Origin: Octopus bimaculoides
Lineage: Eukaryota
Length of the DNA: 43,362 nucleotides
NCBI RefSeq assembly: GCF_001194135.2
Contig: NC_069005.1
Span: 8,035,467-8,078,828, forward strand
Direction: 5' to 3'
The number at the start of each line of letters is the position of its first letter. Within the stretch, counting starts at the first letter, position 1. Both the position numbers and the translations under genes were made by a program. The notes beneath the pieces are model-generated. The model was not told where the DNA came from, made no database searches, and saw only the letters and a list, made by a program, of their open reading frames with translations. Positions 31,658-43,362 of the stretch are shown here, piece by piece.

Positions 31658-32176
31658 TAGTATCTCTTTAAACATGACAATTTATATAAATGATTTAATA
31701 TATCGTTGTTTTTTGTTTTTCGTTCGTTTGCTTTGATCAGAAAGTAAAACATAATTTGAACTGTCATAGCATGGATGACAACGACAAAATTGTGTGTTGG
31801 TGATGCTGATGATGATGGTGGTGGCGATGACGGTGATGACGCTGTTGGTGGCGATGATATCATAACACTTCTTCCTCTTGCAACATCCTTAAAGCCAGCC
31901 ATGCGTATATCAGTATAACGAGATCTATCTATCGATCAATCGATCTGTGTTTAGCCCCCAAATCGGCTAATATCACTCAGTTTTCTCTTTGTTCGCTTTT
32001 ATTTATTTTTCTGAACCTTGTGTATCTCTGATTTCATTATACAAAGTCTCAGGGTTTTTATTTTATTTTGCAGACTGTTATTTCTAGCAATTTCAACGAC
32101 CACGTACGTGCTACCCCGTTGCATATGGGGCGTAATAAATGTGTCTATGTTTATTTGTGCGTGCATTATATATAAA

Positions 32177-32214
<38 letters not shown>

Positions 32215-33517
32215 TATTAGATAAAGGTGTATTCTCAAAATGCAAATTAAAATGCATCCTGAGACACATCTTAATTTATGTAATGGAGAGACATTGCACA
32301 ACAGAAAAACAGTGTTATTACTAAGACGATCTTTCATTTACGAAACTCAAAATGAAGGCAAGCCATTACTAATGTATGAAACTGCAGAAACAGGCAGAAA
32401 AAAACACAGTTGGGGTGATAAGCATGGCTGTGTATTTCGCTTTCTACCACACGGTTTCAAGTTCAGTCCCAATGCGCGGCACTTAGGTCAGATATTTAAT
32501 ACTATCTATACTTCCTGGCTAATGTCTTGCGAGAGGATTTAGTAGATAGATACTGTATGGAAGCCTGTTGTGTGTAAGATATATATTCTATTTTGGTTGA
32601 GTCAGTCTTTTGCTACTCGGTCCCGTCTGTGCTTGTACAAGGGTCTTCAGTCATGTTGTAACTTGTCTGAAGGCCATGTGTACCCGACTAAAACAATGTA
32701 TTATCAATCTCTACTGTGGTACTGAGAACCCCCCCCCCCACTTTTTTTCCCCCCGACAATGTCTCTCATCCCCTGACAACCAGTGCAAGGTTGTTTACGT
32801 GTCTGTAACATAGCTGTTTAGCAGAAAAGAGACCAAGTACTACAATTAGAATGAACAATGGGATCATTTTATTTGTTTGAAAAAAAAAAGAATGAATGAT
32901 ATTCATGTAGAAAATAGACTGAGAAAGAAATATTGAAGTCAAGTGCAAGCGTACCACACACTTCGATCCCATTGCCTTGTATNNNNNNNNNNNNNNNNNN
33001 NNNNNNNNNNNNNNNNNNNNNNNNNNNNNNNNNNNNNNNNNNNNNNNNNNNNNNNNNNNNNNNNNNNNNNNNNNNNNNNNNNNNNNNNNNNNNNNNNNNN
33101 NNNNNNNNNNNNNNNNNNNNNNNNNNNNNNNNNNNNNNNNNNNNNNNNNNNNNNNNNNNNNNNNNNNNNNNNNNNNNNNNNNNNNNNNNNNNNNNNNNNT
33201 GTAACCCCGAGTTCTTTTTCTTTTTTCTTGTTTTCTTTTACAAAAAGGACTCGTTAGGATGGTTACCCGATTTCGATGGCGTGTAGATGTCTGAGAGCAC
33301 AACATTCACCCGCAGTGGGACACCACTCCGTTGTAGGGTTACTTATTTATAACTGGGTGGGTCGGAGCAACATGAAATTAAGTGTTTTGTTTAAGAACAC
33401 TATTACTTGCCCTGACTGGGAATCGAAACCACGATTTTGCGATCGTGAGTGTAACACCCTAACCACTAGACCATGCACTTTCACTCGTAACCCTCACTAC
33501 TATGGTGTAAAAAACAA

Positions 33518-33552
<35 letters not shown>

Positions 33553-33799
33553 TATATAAATATGAGGTGGAAAAACCGTTTTCAACTGAAAAAGTTAAAG
33601 GCTGCTCCTGGAACTTGAACTCGTTTCTCCTGTAGACATGACATTGTTCAGACTGATGGCCTTGTTAATTTTGAGCAACAGGAAGTACTTTGTAGTTGGT
33701 ATGTATGCATGTTTATCATATAGAAAGGGGATAGATTGTGGGGAGGGAATTACAAAATGTGCACAGTGTAGAGTTGAATGCCAAACAGGCCTTCTCTCT

Positions 33800-34268
33800 C
33801 AGAATATTGGTTTCAGATGTTTGCACTAGGCCAGAAAGTTTGGGAGTGGTATTAAGTGGATTACATTAACCCTTAGTGCTCAACTGGTACTTATCTTATC
33901 AACCCTGAAAGAAGGAAAGGCAAAATTGACTGTGGCAAAATTTGAACCCAGAACATAAAGATGGATGAAATGCCGCTAAGCACTTTGCTTGGTGTGCTAA
34001 TGATTCCGTCAGCTCACCACGTTCCTTTGTAGGTATATATATTTCTTTATTGCCCACAGGGGGCAAAACATAAAGGGGACAAACAAGGACAGACAAAGGG
34101 ATGAAGTCAATTACATTGACCCCCAGTGCATAACTGGTACTTATGTAATCAACCCTGAAAGGATGGCATAGTCGACCTCAGTGGAATTTGAACTCAGAAC
34201 ATAACGGCAGACGAAATACCGCTAAGCATTTTGCTCGGCGTGCTAACGATTCTGCCAGCTCGCCACCC
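33800..34268 (-). mobile_element. Two tandem family A SINEs (two tail subtypes); further copies at ~26215-26350 and 35650-35780 (-)
   Basis: Same head and body motifs; second unit carries the long gtcccctttatgttttgccccctgtgggc tail as in 8203-8610. Confidence 0.87.
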
Positions 34269-34639
34269 TGAAGCAATATGTCTGTAGGCTGAGAGGTGGA
34301 GAGAAGTGTTCTGCAAGTTTGGTGAAGATCCTTTTGGCACGAGACCAGAAAGCTGGGTGTGGAGGCTTCCTTCTCAGTTCAAATGATGGTTTTGCAAGAG
34401 TTGTGGTGCGGGATAGATAATACCCAGTTTGTGAGGGTGGTGGGTATCATTCATTTTCTATCTTCCATGAAAAGCATATCTAGCCATAGGGAAATACTTG
34501 CTTGTTTGGAAAGAAGTAAGGATTGGCAACAGGAAGGGCATCCCACTAAAGAAAATCTGCCGAAATAAATTCCATCCAACCCATGCAAGCATGGAAAAGT
34601 GGGTGTTGAAACAGATATAACCATCATCATCATCATGGT

Positions 34640-35420
34640 CTCATTTTTTTGGATAAGTCTTTCTGCAGTACATCTTGCCACTTGTTGCAGTCTCTTATCA
34701 TCTCCTTGATCAGGTTTAGTTTCTTGAGATCAGTCTCAAACCACTTCTTCCCAAGTTTTTTTCAGTCTTCCTTTTCTGCATGTTTCTTCTAGTTGGATTA
34801 CTTAGTACTTGTCTATCAAACGTGATCTTCCATACACATTGCATACATATAATATGCAGAGGCCGATACAGCTTGGCACCAGTGATGTCACAACTCATTT
34901 TTACAGCTGAGTGAACTGGAGCAATGTGAAATAAAGTGTCTTGCTCAAGAACACATCACACAGCTCAGTCCAGGATTTGAACTCACTACCTTATGATTGT
35001 GAGACCAACGTTCTAACCAGTGAGCCATGTAACTTCAAATGCAGTTTAAAGTCATGCTCAACATCTGTAGTTAATATTACATACACAATATAGAATTTTT
35101 ACTTACACCTTTTCTGCATATCAAACATAATGACTTCCATGATGGGAGTAGAATCCTGTCTTGTTTTCTTAACTAACATTTTTCGCTTCAGCTTAAGGTA
35201 TCCCAATTCTAGGTTTTACTTCTATATTTGGAATTTCTTCTATACTTTGACAGATTTACCTGAGAACTTGATCATTGGCACACAGGAGTTTGTCTGGATA
35301 GCAAACTTTAAACTTCTCTGTTATGGTTTGGAGAATGATGATAAACAGGAAGGGACCTAGAAATGAGCTTTGGTAGACACCTACCTGATCACTAAATTCC
35401 TTGCTGGACTCAGTGACTAG
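34640..35420 (-). mobile_element. Fragmented, decayed RTE LINE (RT core at ~35130-35420, C-terminus at ~34640-34830), interrupted by a SINE
   Basis: Minus: QVGVYQSSFLGPFLFIIILQTITEKFKVCYPDKLLCANDQVL (degenerate GVxQG.LSP.LF...LLYADD) and KKTWEEVV..DLKKLNL. Confidence 0.8.
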
Positions 35421-36059
35421 TGCGTTCCCCCGTCGCCCAATATTTTTAATATTTCCACAACCATATTTGATGATATCTTTTATCTTTCACTTGTTTCAGT
35501 CATTAGACTGAATTGACCCAGTATTTATTTTTTCTAAGCCTTGTACTTATTCTATCAGTCTCTTTTGCTGAACCACTATGTTACGGGGAGGTAAACACAC
35601 CAACACCTGTTGTCAAACATAAATACAAAGACACACACTCACACGCACACTAGTGTAGGGACTAGTCGATTACATTGACCCCAGTGTTCAAATGGTACTT
35701 ATTTTATCAAACCCAAAAGGATGAAATGTAAAGTCTGCCTTGGTGGAAATTGAACTCTGAACTGAATGGACGAAAAACGCATTGGTCAATCTGAGACAAT
35801 TGTAGAAGATAATTGTTCAAGGTGTCATGCTGTGTGACTGAACCCAAGGCCACATGATTTCAATGTGAACTTCATAACCACACAGTCATGCCAGCTTCAT
35901 CATCATCATCATCATCGTCATCATTTTAGTGTACACTTTCCTATGCTGGCATGGGTCAGACGGAGTTTATTGGTGGCATAGCTTCTATGGCTGTAAGCCC
36001 TTATTGTCACCAACACTCACCTATTTCCAAGCAAGATAATATTTCCCCATGCTTTGCTG

Positions 36060-36358
36060 CTTGCTTCATTCTCTTGTTTGATGAAGCTGGGGTCATCCCA
36101 AGGGTAGTAGCTCCAGAGACATCATCATGCATAGAGCCAACCAGCTCCACCAGTGCTCACCATCTCTTGACGGTTCCGTGTCAATCTCTCTGCATCCTCC
36201 AAGGTGATGCTGAGCCTCTGGAGGTCTTGCCCAATCATGTCAAGCCATCTGGTGTGTGGCCTGTCACGAGGTCTCTTCCAGCCTACTGCTGCCACATTGA
36301 ATGAGAGTAAAGCCCTGTTAGGATCATCTAATGGGAGATGGAGGACATATTTCCCCAT
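36060..36358 (-). mobile_element. RTE LINE lineage 3, 3' end
   Basis: VLHLPLDDPNRALL...GWKRPRDRPHTRWLDMIGQDLQRL..LEDAERLTRNR. Confidence 0.8.
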
Positions 36359-36359
36359 A

Positions 36360-36810
36360 TTCTTCTTGGCAGTCCATCAATCTCCAATGAAGATTGTGGT
36401 ATGTGGTCTCAGCGGTCAGTGGTGGGAACACATGTGGCTTCACAGCCCAAAGCTGGAAGCACACAGGCGTCCACAGGTTGGACACTGGTAGTTTGTGATC
36501 AGGACTAAGGATGATGTGGCCCAGTGATGTCTGTCCCTTGTGGCTGTGAGGTGTTGCTGTCTATCCTCCTCAAAGGCAGCTACAGCAGTGTTGGTGATTG
36601 ACCTCCTGGTAGCCCTGTTTGTGTTGCGATCTCGGGTTTGCAATGTTGGATGTCACACCTCCTTAGGTTGCCCTTTAGTGTATTTTTATACCTCAACTTG
36701 GATTTTCCTTGTTGCCTCATACATTCCTTCAGCTCACCATACATCAGCTGTCTGGGGATGCGGTGGTCATTCATTCTGATGACATGGCCGGTCCAACATA
36801 ACTGAGCTTA
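36360..36810 (-). mobile_element. RTE LINE lineage 2, 3' end with C2H2-like finger and (AAG)n tail
   Basis: RIPRQLMYGELK...KLRYKNTLK and YQCPTCGRLCASSFGL.SHM; tail ggactgccaagaagaa. Confidence 0.85.
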
Positions 36811-37654
36811 GTCAAACATTTTTCACAGATTATTAGAAATGGCCAGCACATTTGTTTATACAGTAACATTTATTTACAACTATCAGGCAATGCCAATACA
36901 AGACTTTGTTTGTTCCAGGGCTATAGGAGAAAACACTTACCCAAGCTGCCATGTGAGCATTCAGCATTTGCCATGTGAGCATTCAGCATTTGCCAAATGA
37001 CCATCACAAATGATTTGTTTATAGTGATTAGATGTTCATGCCGTGCATTAGCTCACTCTCTCCATCAAATCGACATTGTCTGAATAGATGTCACTGTGTA
37101 ACATGCATCAATTGTCAAAGTGATTGCAGAACAAAGTGAGATGAAGTGTTCTGCTCAAGAACACAATGCACCACCCAGTCTAGGAATTGAAATCATGATC
37201 TAGCAATCTTGAGTGTAACACCCTGACCACTAAGCCATGTGCTCTCAGTGAGACTGAACCTGGAACCATGTGGTTGGGAGGCAAGCTTCTTACTGCACAG
37301 CCACTCCCATGCCTGCACATACATTTTCAGAAATTCAATTATAAAACTTGTGTACACTTTTCTCTATGTGATCCTAATTGGTCCACATATGCATACATGA
37401 GTGTATGTGTGTGCGTGGGACAAGACAAGTCTATTTGTGTGATGTATGGTGTATAACCTGTATCAGTGCATGTGTGTAGAATAAGTCTGAGTGTATGTGC
37501 ATGCACATGTGCATGTGTGTTGTTTATAGAACTTCAACAGATTCATGTCTTGTCATGTTAAGTCGGGGCTTTATATCTCCATGTTAACAAACAGCCTCTT
37601 TTTTTTTAATTCCTTTGTTACTCATTTGAACTGTCTGTTCATCTGCCTCTGTAT

Positions 37655-37928
37655 ATACATACATCTCTCTCTCTCTCTCTCTCTCTCCTTCTCTCTCTCT
37701 ATATATATATGTATGGATGTACGTATGTATATATATGTATATGCATGTATGTATATGTATATATATATGCATGTATGTATATGTATATGCATGTATGTAT
37801 GTATATGTATTTATGTATGCATATGTCTGGTATATATATATATATATACACACACACACATATATATATATGTATGTATATATACATATGTATATATATA
37901 TGTATATATATATGTATGTATGTATATA

Positions 37929-37959
<31 letters not shown>

Positions 37960-38918
37960 ATATATATATATGTATGTATGTATATATATATGTGTATGTA
38001 TGTATATATATATGTATGTATGTATATATATATGTATGTATGTGTATATATATGTATGTATATATATATATGCATATATATATGTGTATATATATATATA
38101 TGTATATGTATGTATGTGTATGTATGTATATATATGTATGTATGTATGTATATATATATTTGCATGTCTATATACGTGTGTGTTTGTGTGTGTGCGTGTA
38201 TATATGTGTGTGTACATATGTCTATTTATGCATATATATATATATATACACACACACATATTAATGAATGACTATACATGTATATATGTGTTAATGGCGG
38301 TGGTAGTCATTGTGGTAGTAGTAGTAGTAGTAGTAGTGGATAGATGGATGGGCTGTGTTTAATTGCTCTTTCAGTAGCCAGCATGAGGGGGTGGTGATGG
38401 TAGTGGTGATGATGGCACCATAGGCAGGTGGCACTTAAGACACAATTTTACAGGATGACTCAAGCATCAACAACACACCTCCTCCCACTTTCTCTTTCAT
38501 TTCATGTTCCTCTTCTACATCCACCCCTCCTCCTTTTCTTCTTTGTCTTCTCTGTTTGTACAGAGTAAGTGAAAGAAGACAGCTAGCATACACACACACA
38601 CACAACACATACACACACATACATACACAGATATAGATAATATTGTATATACACACATGCATATGTACATACACACACATGCATATACATAGACATGCAC
38701 GCATGAACACATACTCAAATATTTAAAAATGTATATTGCTATATAATATATATTATTTATTTTATATATATATTAATGCTTCTTTTTTTGGAATAGTGGA
38801 TCTTGAAGCACATAGAGTTATGTATATATATATATTCTTATATATATATATACCTATCATCATCATCATTTATACAATGATGACGATATATATACTTATA
38901 TATGTATATTCTTATATA

Positions 38919-38987
<69 letters not shown>

Positions 38988-39367
38988 NNNNNNNNNNNNN
39001 NNNNNNNNNNNNNNNNNNNNNNNNNNNNNNNNNNNNNNNNNNNNNNNNNNNNNNNNNNNNNNNNNNNNNNNNNNNNNNNNNNNNNNNNNNNNNNNNNNNN
39101 NNNNNNNNNNNNNNNNNNNNNNNNNNNNNNNNNNNNNNNNNNNNNNNNNNNNNNNNNNNNNNNNNNNNNNNNNNNNNNNNNNNNNNNNNNNNNNNNNNNN
39201 NNNNNNNNNNNNNNNNNNNNNNNNNNNNNNNNNNNNNNNNNNNNNNNNNNNNNNNNNNNNNNNNNNNNNNNNNNNNNNNNNNNNNNNNNNNNNNNNNNNN
39301 NNNNNNNNNNNNNNNNNNNNNNNNNNNNNNNNNNNNNNNNNNNNNNNNNNNNNNNNNNNNNNNNNNN

Positions 39368-39413
<46 letters not shown>

Positions 39414-39545
39414 CATATATATATATACATATATATATACATATATATATATACATATATACATATATATACATATATACTCATATCTATACACACACAC
39501 ACATATCTACATAAACGCATGCATGCACACACACACACACACACA
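37655..39545. repeat. Large compound (TA)/(TG)/(TATG)/(CA) microsatellite field
   Basis: Direct reading; gap 38988-39367. Confidence 0.92.
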
Positions 39546-39834
39546 TTATGGGATGTAAAAACTGGGTTGAAACACTCTTTCGGATAGAAAAAGTCGAAGG
39601 CTGCCCATGGGACCTTTCTCTCGAAAGTTTACAAATTCTTATGGCGACAACAATATTAATGTTTGTTCTCATGTCGAGAGTTATAATAACAAAAACAATT
39701 TCACATGAAACTGAAAGATTACACAATGGTTTTTGTAGATTACATGCATCTATCATGCTTTTATGAGAAGACTGCTGACAGTGACTTCGAAGTTTTGGTC
39801 CACTAGTCTTCACACACAGTGTGTTCATCTAAAC

Positions 39835-40535
39835 CAGTGGTTCTCAACCATCTTTTGCTTATAGACCCTTTTGATTCCATTCTTATTCTATTGGTCCCTT
39901 GTAGTCATTCAATGCTTTTAAAAAATTCTATTATAGTTTTATAATTAAGGCTGCGAACTAGCAGAATGGTTAGCATGCCAGACAAGATGCTAAGTGGTAT
40001 TTTGTCTGGCTTTACATTCAAGTTCTGCCAACTTCAAGAAGAGTGTTTGGGTTCAGCCAAGGTCAGCTAGACTTTCTTCTTTGTGAGGTTGATAAAATAA
40101 GTAGTAGTTGAGCACCAGGGTTGGTGTAATCTGCTACCCTCAAAATTGCCGGTCTTGTGGTAAGACTTGAAACCAAGACTAGGCTGCAATAATATCCTCA
40201 ATAACTTGTATAGGTGCTGGCACGGCTGTATGGTAGGAAGCTTGCTTCTTGACCACATGGTTCCAGGTTCACTCTAACTGCATGGCACCTTGGGCAAGTG
40301 TCTTCTACTATGGCCTCAGACTGACTAAAGCTTTGTGAGTGGATTTGGTAGACAGGTGCTATGCAGTAGGACTGAACCTAGAACCATGTGGTTGGGAAGC
40401 AAGCTTGTTATCACACAGCCATGCCTATAAATTTCAACAACAAAATCTTATAGGGACACTACCCTCCTGCCCAGAGACCATATAGACTCCACCCTCCTGC
40501 CCAGGGACTATATGGACCCCAGTTGAGAACCACTG
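39835..40535. mobile_element. hAT/Charlie-type MITE carrying nested SINE insertions; partial copy at ~4950-5181
   Basis: TIRs cagtggttctcaac / gttgagaaccactg; 8-bp TSD atctaaac / atgtaaat; family A (~39944-40180) and family B (~40212-40428) SINEs inside; 30-bp tandem duplication 40461-40520. Confidence 0.85.
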
Positions 40536-40929
40536 ATGTAAATCATCTGAGAGTGAGATCCCTCCTAAAGAAGGGAGATGTGGTTTAATTCCTATCTGTA
40601 GACTCATTTTTTCCCACTTTTATCCCCTATAATGTGATGGGGTTGTTTACAAATGAAAATGAATAGGATAGAAATGCAATCCCCCCTCTCACGCACACAT
40701 ACACACAGAGCAAGACAGGGACAGACAAATAGACAGAGAGGAGAGACAGAGAAGAGAAGTGACAGACAGAGAGGAAGAGAAACAGATAGAGATCTGATGA
40801 ATCCTAGAATACGTTTGATCTTTTATCTGCTCAATCAGAGCTGACTTGAAGCTGAACAATAACAATGACAAGGACTACAACAATTAAGCAATCACCAATC
40901 TCACAGCTTTTATTGTTGCTTTCTGCCTT

Positions 40930-41003
40930 TCTATCTGCCTGTCTGTCTGTCTCTCTACCTACCTACCTGCCTACCTACCTACCTACCTACCTGCCTGTCT
41001 ACA

Positions 41004-41040
<37 letters not shown>

Positions 41041-41122
41041 ATCTATCTCTCTACCTACCTACCAACTTATCTTCCTATCTACTTACCTACCTACCTACCT
41101 ACCTTACTATCTACTTACCTAC

Positions 41123-41164
<42 letters not shown>

Positions 41165-41280
41165 CTCTATTTATCTATCTGCTTGCCTGCCTGCTCACCC
41201 GCCTGTCTGCCTATCTATCTATCTATCTATCTATCTCTACCTACCCACCTACCTGTCCATCTGTCTGTTTGTCTGTCTGT
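40930..41280. repeat. (TATC)n/(TACC)n/(TGTC)n tetranucleotide mosaic; similar at 42915-43090
   Basis: Direct reading. Confidence 0.93.
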
Positions 41281-41603
41281 CATGCAAGTGATGTTATTCT
41301 TTTCCAGTTTTCTATATCTAGTCATTGGTAAATATTACCTTGCTAGGAAACGAGTGAGGGTAGGTAACAGAAAGGGCATCCAACCATAGAATATCTGCTT
41401 CAACAAATTCCATACAACCCATGCAAGCAGGACGCTAAATGATGCTAAATGATGATGATGATGATGATGATAATCTGTGCCATGTCATTCATACAGACTG
41501 AATTTCCATGTTTCTTTCTTTCCTCTACTGACATATCCTTCACATCCAGTACCCAATATTATCACATTTTGTGATGAAAGCATAATTCAATCTGTCTTTC
41601 ATT

Positions 41604-41639
<36 letters not shown>

Positions 41640-41847
41640 AGTGCTTTCTGTCTTTACAATCATTGACATTTTCTGGAAAAAGTACAAATACAGATATGGC
41701 AGTCGGTGGCATAGCTTGAGTTTGCACTGCCCCTCCTCTCCAAAATGCAACTTAACCCTTTTAAGACTGTCTTTGTTTCAATTCATTTTGAAAATGATAA
41801 AGAACATGGTAAAATAACTTTGTCTGGTGTTTGGAACAGAAATCGAT

Positions 41848-42048
41848 TCTTTTATTCTTTTACTTGTTTCTGCTGGAGCACCACCTTTAGTTGAACAAAT
41901 CGACCCCCAGGACTTATTCTTTGTAAGCCTAGTACTTATTCTATCGGTCTCTTTTGCCGAACCGCTAAGTTACGGGGATGTAAACACACCAGCATCGGTT
42001 GTCAAGCGAAGTTGAGGGACAAACACAGACACACAAACATATACACAC

Positions 42049-42114
<66 letters not shown>

Positions 42115-42275
42115 GACGGGCTTCTTTCAGTTTCTGTCTACCAAATTCATTCACAAGGCTTTGGTCAGCCCAAGGCTATAGTAGAAGACACTTGCCCAAG
42201 GTGCCACGCAGTGGGACAGAACCCAGAACCATGTGGTTGGTAAGCAAGCTACTTACCACACAGCCACTCCTGCGC
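41848..42275 (-). mobile_element. Family B SINE, near full length; older copy at ~42515-42910
   Basis: High similarity to 15852-16236. Confidence 0.92.
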
Positions 42276-43362
42276 CACCTTTTAATGGGAAATTTGCTTT
42301 AAAGGACCATGTGTGGTCTTAGACAAGTTATATCCAGAGAGTTATGGGTACAAGTATATAAGAAATGCTCAGCCATCTCGCATACTAATGTATAGCTACT
42401 TCAGTTGATTAAACAGCTGGGGCCTATATATGTCATTTGTGATGGGAGAGTTCATTGTGTGTGAGTGTGTGTGTTTATGTTTACACTGATCTGCTATGTG
42501 GTGTGGTCTTCTTTGGCTTGTTTCAGTCATTGGACTGCAACCATGCTGGAGCACCGCCTTGAAGAGTTTTAGTCGAGCAAATCGATCCCAGGACTTCTTT
42601 CCTTGTGATATCTGTACTTAGTCTAGTGGTCTCTTTTGCTGAGCTGCAAAGTTACAAGGACGTAAACAAACCAACGCTGGTTGTCAAGCAGTGACACAAA
42701 GATATATACATACCACTACACAAACACAAAGACATATACATGCCACTACTACACACACACAATGGGCTTCTTTTTGTTTCTACCAACCAAATCCACCCAC
42801 AAGTCTTTGGTCAGCCTAGGGTTATAAAAAAAGACACTTGCCCAAGGTGCTATGCAATAGGACTGAACCCAAAACCATGTGGTTGAGAAGTAAACTTCTT
42901 ACCACTCAACCATTTGTCAGTCTGTTTGTCTCTACCTGTCTATATATTTCTACCTATCTATGTCTGTCTACCTATCTATCTATCTGTGTCTGTCTGTGTC
43001 GTGTCTGTCTGTGTCGTGTCTGTCTGTGTCGTGTCTGTCTGTCTCTCTGCCCATCCATCCATCCATCCATCCACCTATCTGTCTGTCTGTCTTTCGAGCT
43101 CTCTATCTCCCGAGCTATGTGTGTTTTGTCTCTTTGCATGTCGCACATATTTCAGGAGACAGTGGAATTTCACAGTGATGCTGAAGTTGGTGTTGATAGC
43201 TGCTGGCTGACAGACAGACTGACTGACAGGCAGACAGACAGACAACAAGGAAGGAAGGAAGGGATTAGCAGAGTTCCCTCAAAGAGTGAACAACAAATTC
43301 TTGAGATATTTCCAGTCCCCACTTTCCATACCCAGTTCATATCCCAAATGCATTACCCCCCC

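Noticed and set aside
33200-33341. Short element with tgtaaccc/gggttac inverted ends
   Set aside because: Single copy here, left flank is a gap, 7-bp termini too short to classify
35130-35360. Plus-strand ORF with apparent acceptors as a second gene
   Set aside because: The opposite strand is a recognisable decayed RTE reverse transcriptase
37545-38362. 180-240 aa YI/CV/HT-rich ORFs
   Set aside because: Translations of dinucleotide and tetranucleotide microsatellite
38500-38570. Long pyrimidine tract then cag-a-gtaagt as a recursive splice site
   Set aside because: Not an AG|GT junction (1 nt intervenes), no host gene known, low-complexity context
40794-40860. C/D-box snoRNA-like TGATGA...CTGA
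   Set aside because: No terminal stem, no recognisable rRNA antisense element, no identified host intron
43130-43240. Possible exon on either strand near the window end
   Set aside because: Pyrimidine tracts derive from tetranucleotide repeats; peptides unrecognisable; no good donor

Overview
AT-rich eukaryotic genomic DNA from a gapped short-read scaffold (10 N-gaps). The SINE, RTE-LINE and microsatellite landscape looks like an octopus genome (inference; species not determinable here). The left half holds the 5' ~60% of PEX5 (peroxisomal PTS1 receptor) on the minus strand, reconstructed by hand as 10 coding exons from ATG at 18468 down to 275 (1052 nt, ~350 aa). All junctions are GT-AG and the phases are mutually consistent. 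The protein has the Cys11 ubiquitination site, six WxxxF/Y motifs, the PEX7-binding segment and the start of the TPR domain; the remaining exons lie left of the window. The ORF track misses most of this gene, and most of its ORFs are microsatellite or gap artefacts. Everything else is largely repeat: three tRNA-derived SINE families, at least three RTE-LINE lineages, mariner/Tc1 fragments and MITEs, hAT and TTAA-type MITEs, a pair of LTR-like repeats, a 20-bp minisatellite with higher-order structure, and simple repeats. I could not establish a second protein-coding gene or a wholly new biological system. The most interesting leads are three minimal type-I hammerhead-ribozyme-like motifs (Penelope-type), substitutions in PEX5 docking motifs (LVxEF to WVDEF, WxxxF to WSQEH, Ser to Thr), a skippable PEX7-binding exon preceded by a YCAY/CSL-site-rich minisatellite, and a long G.U-biased hairpin near the presumed promoter.
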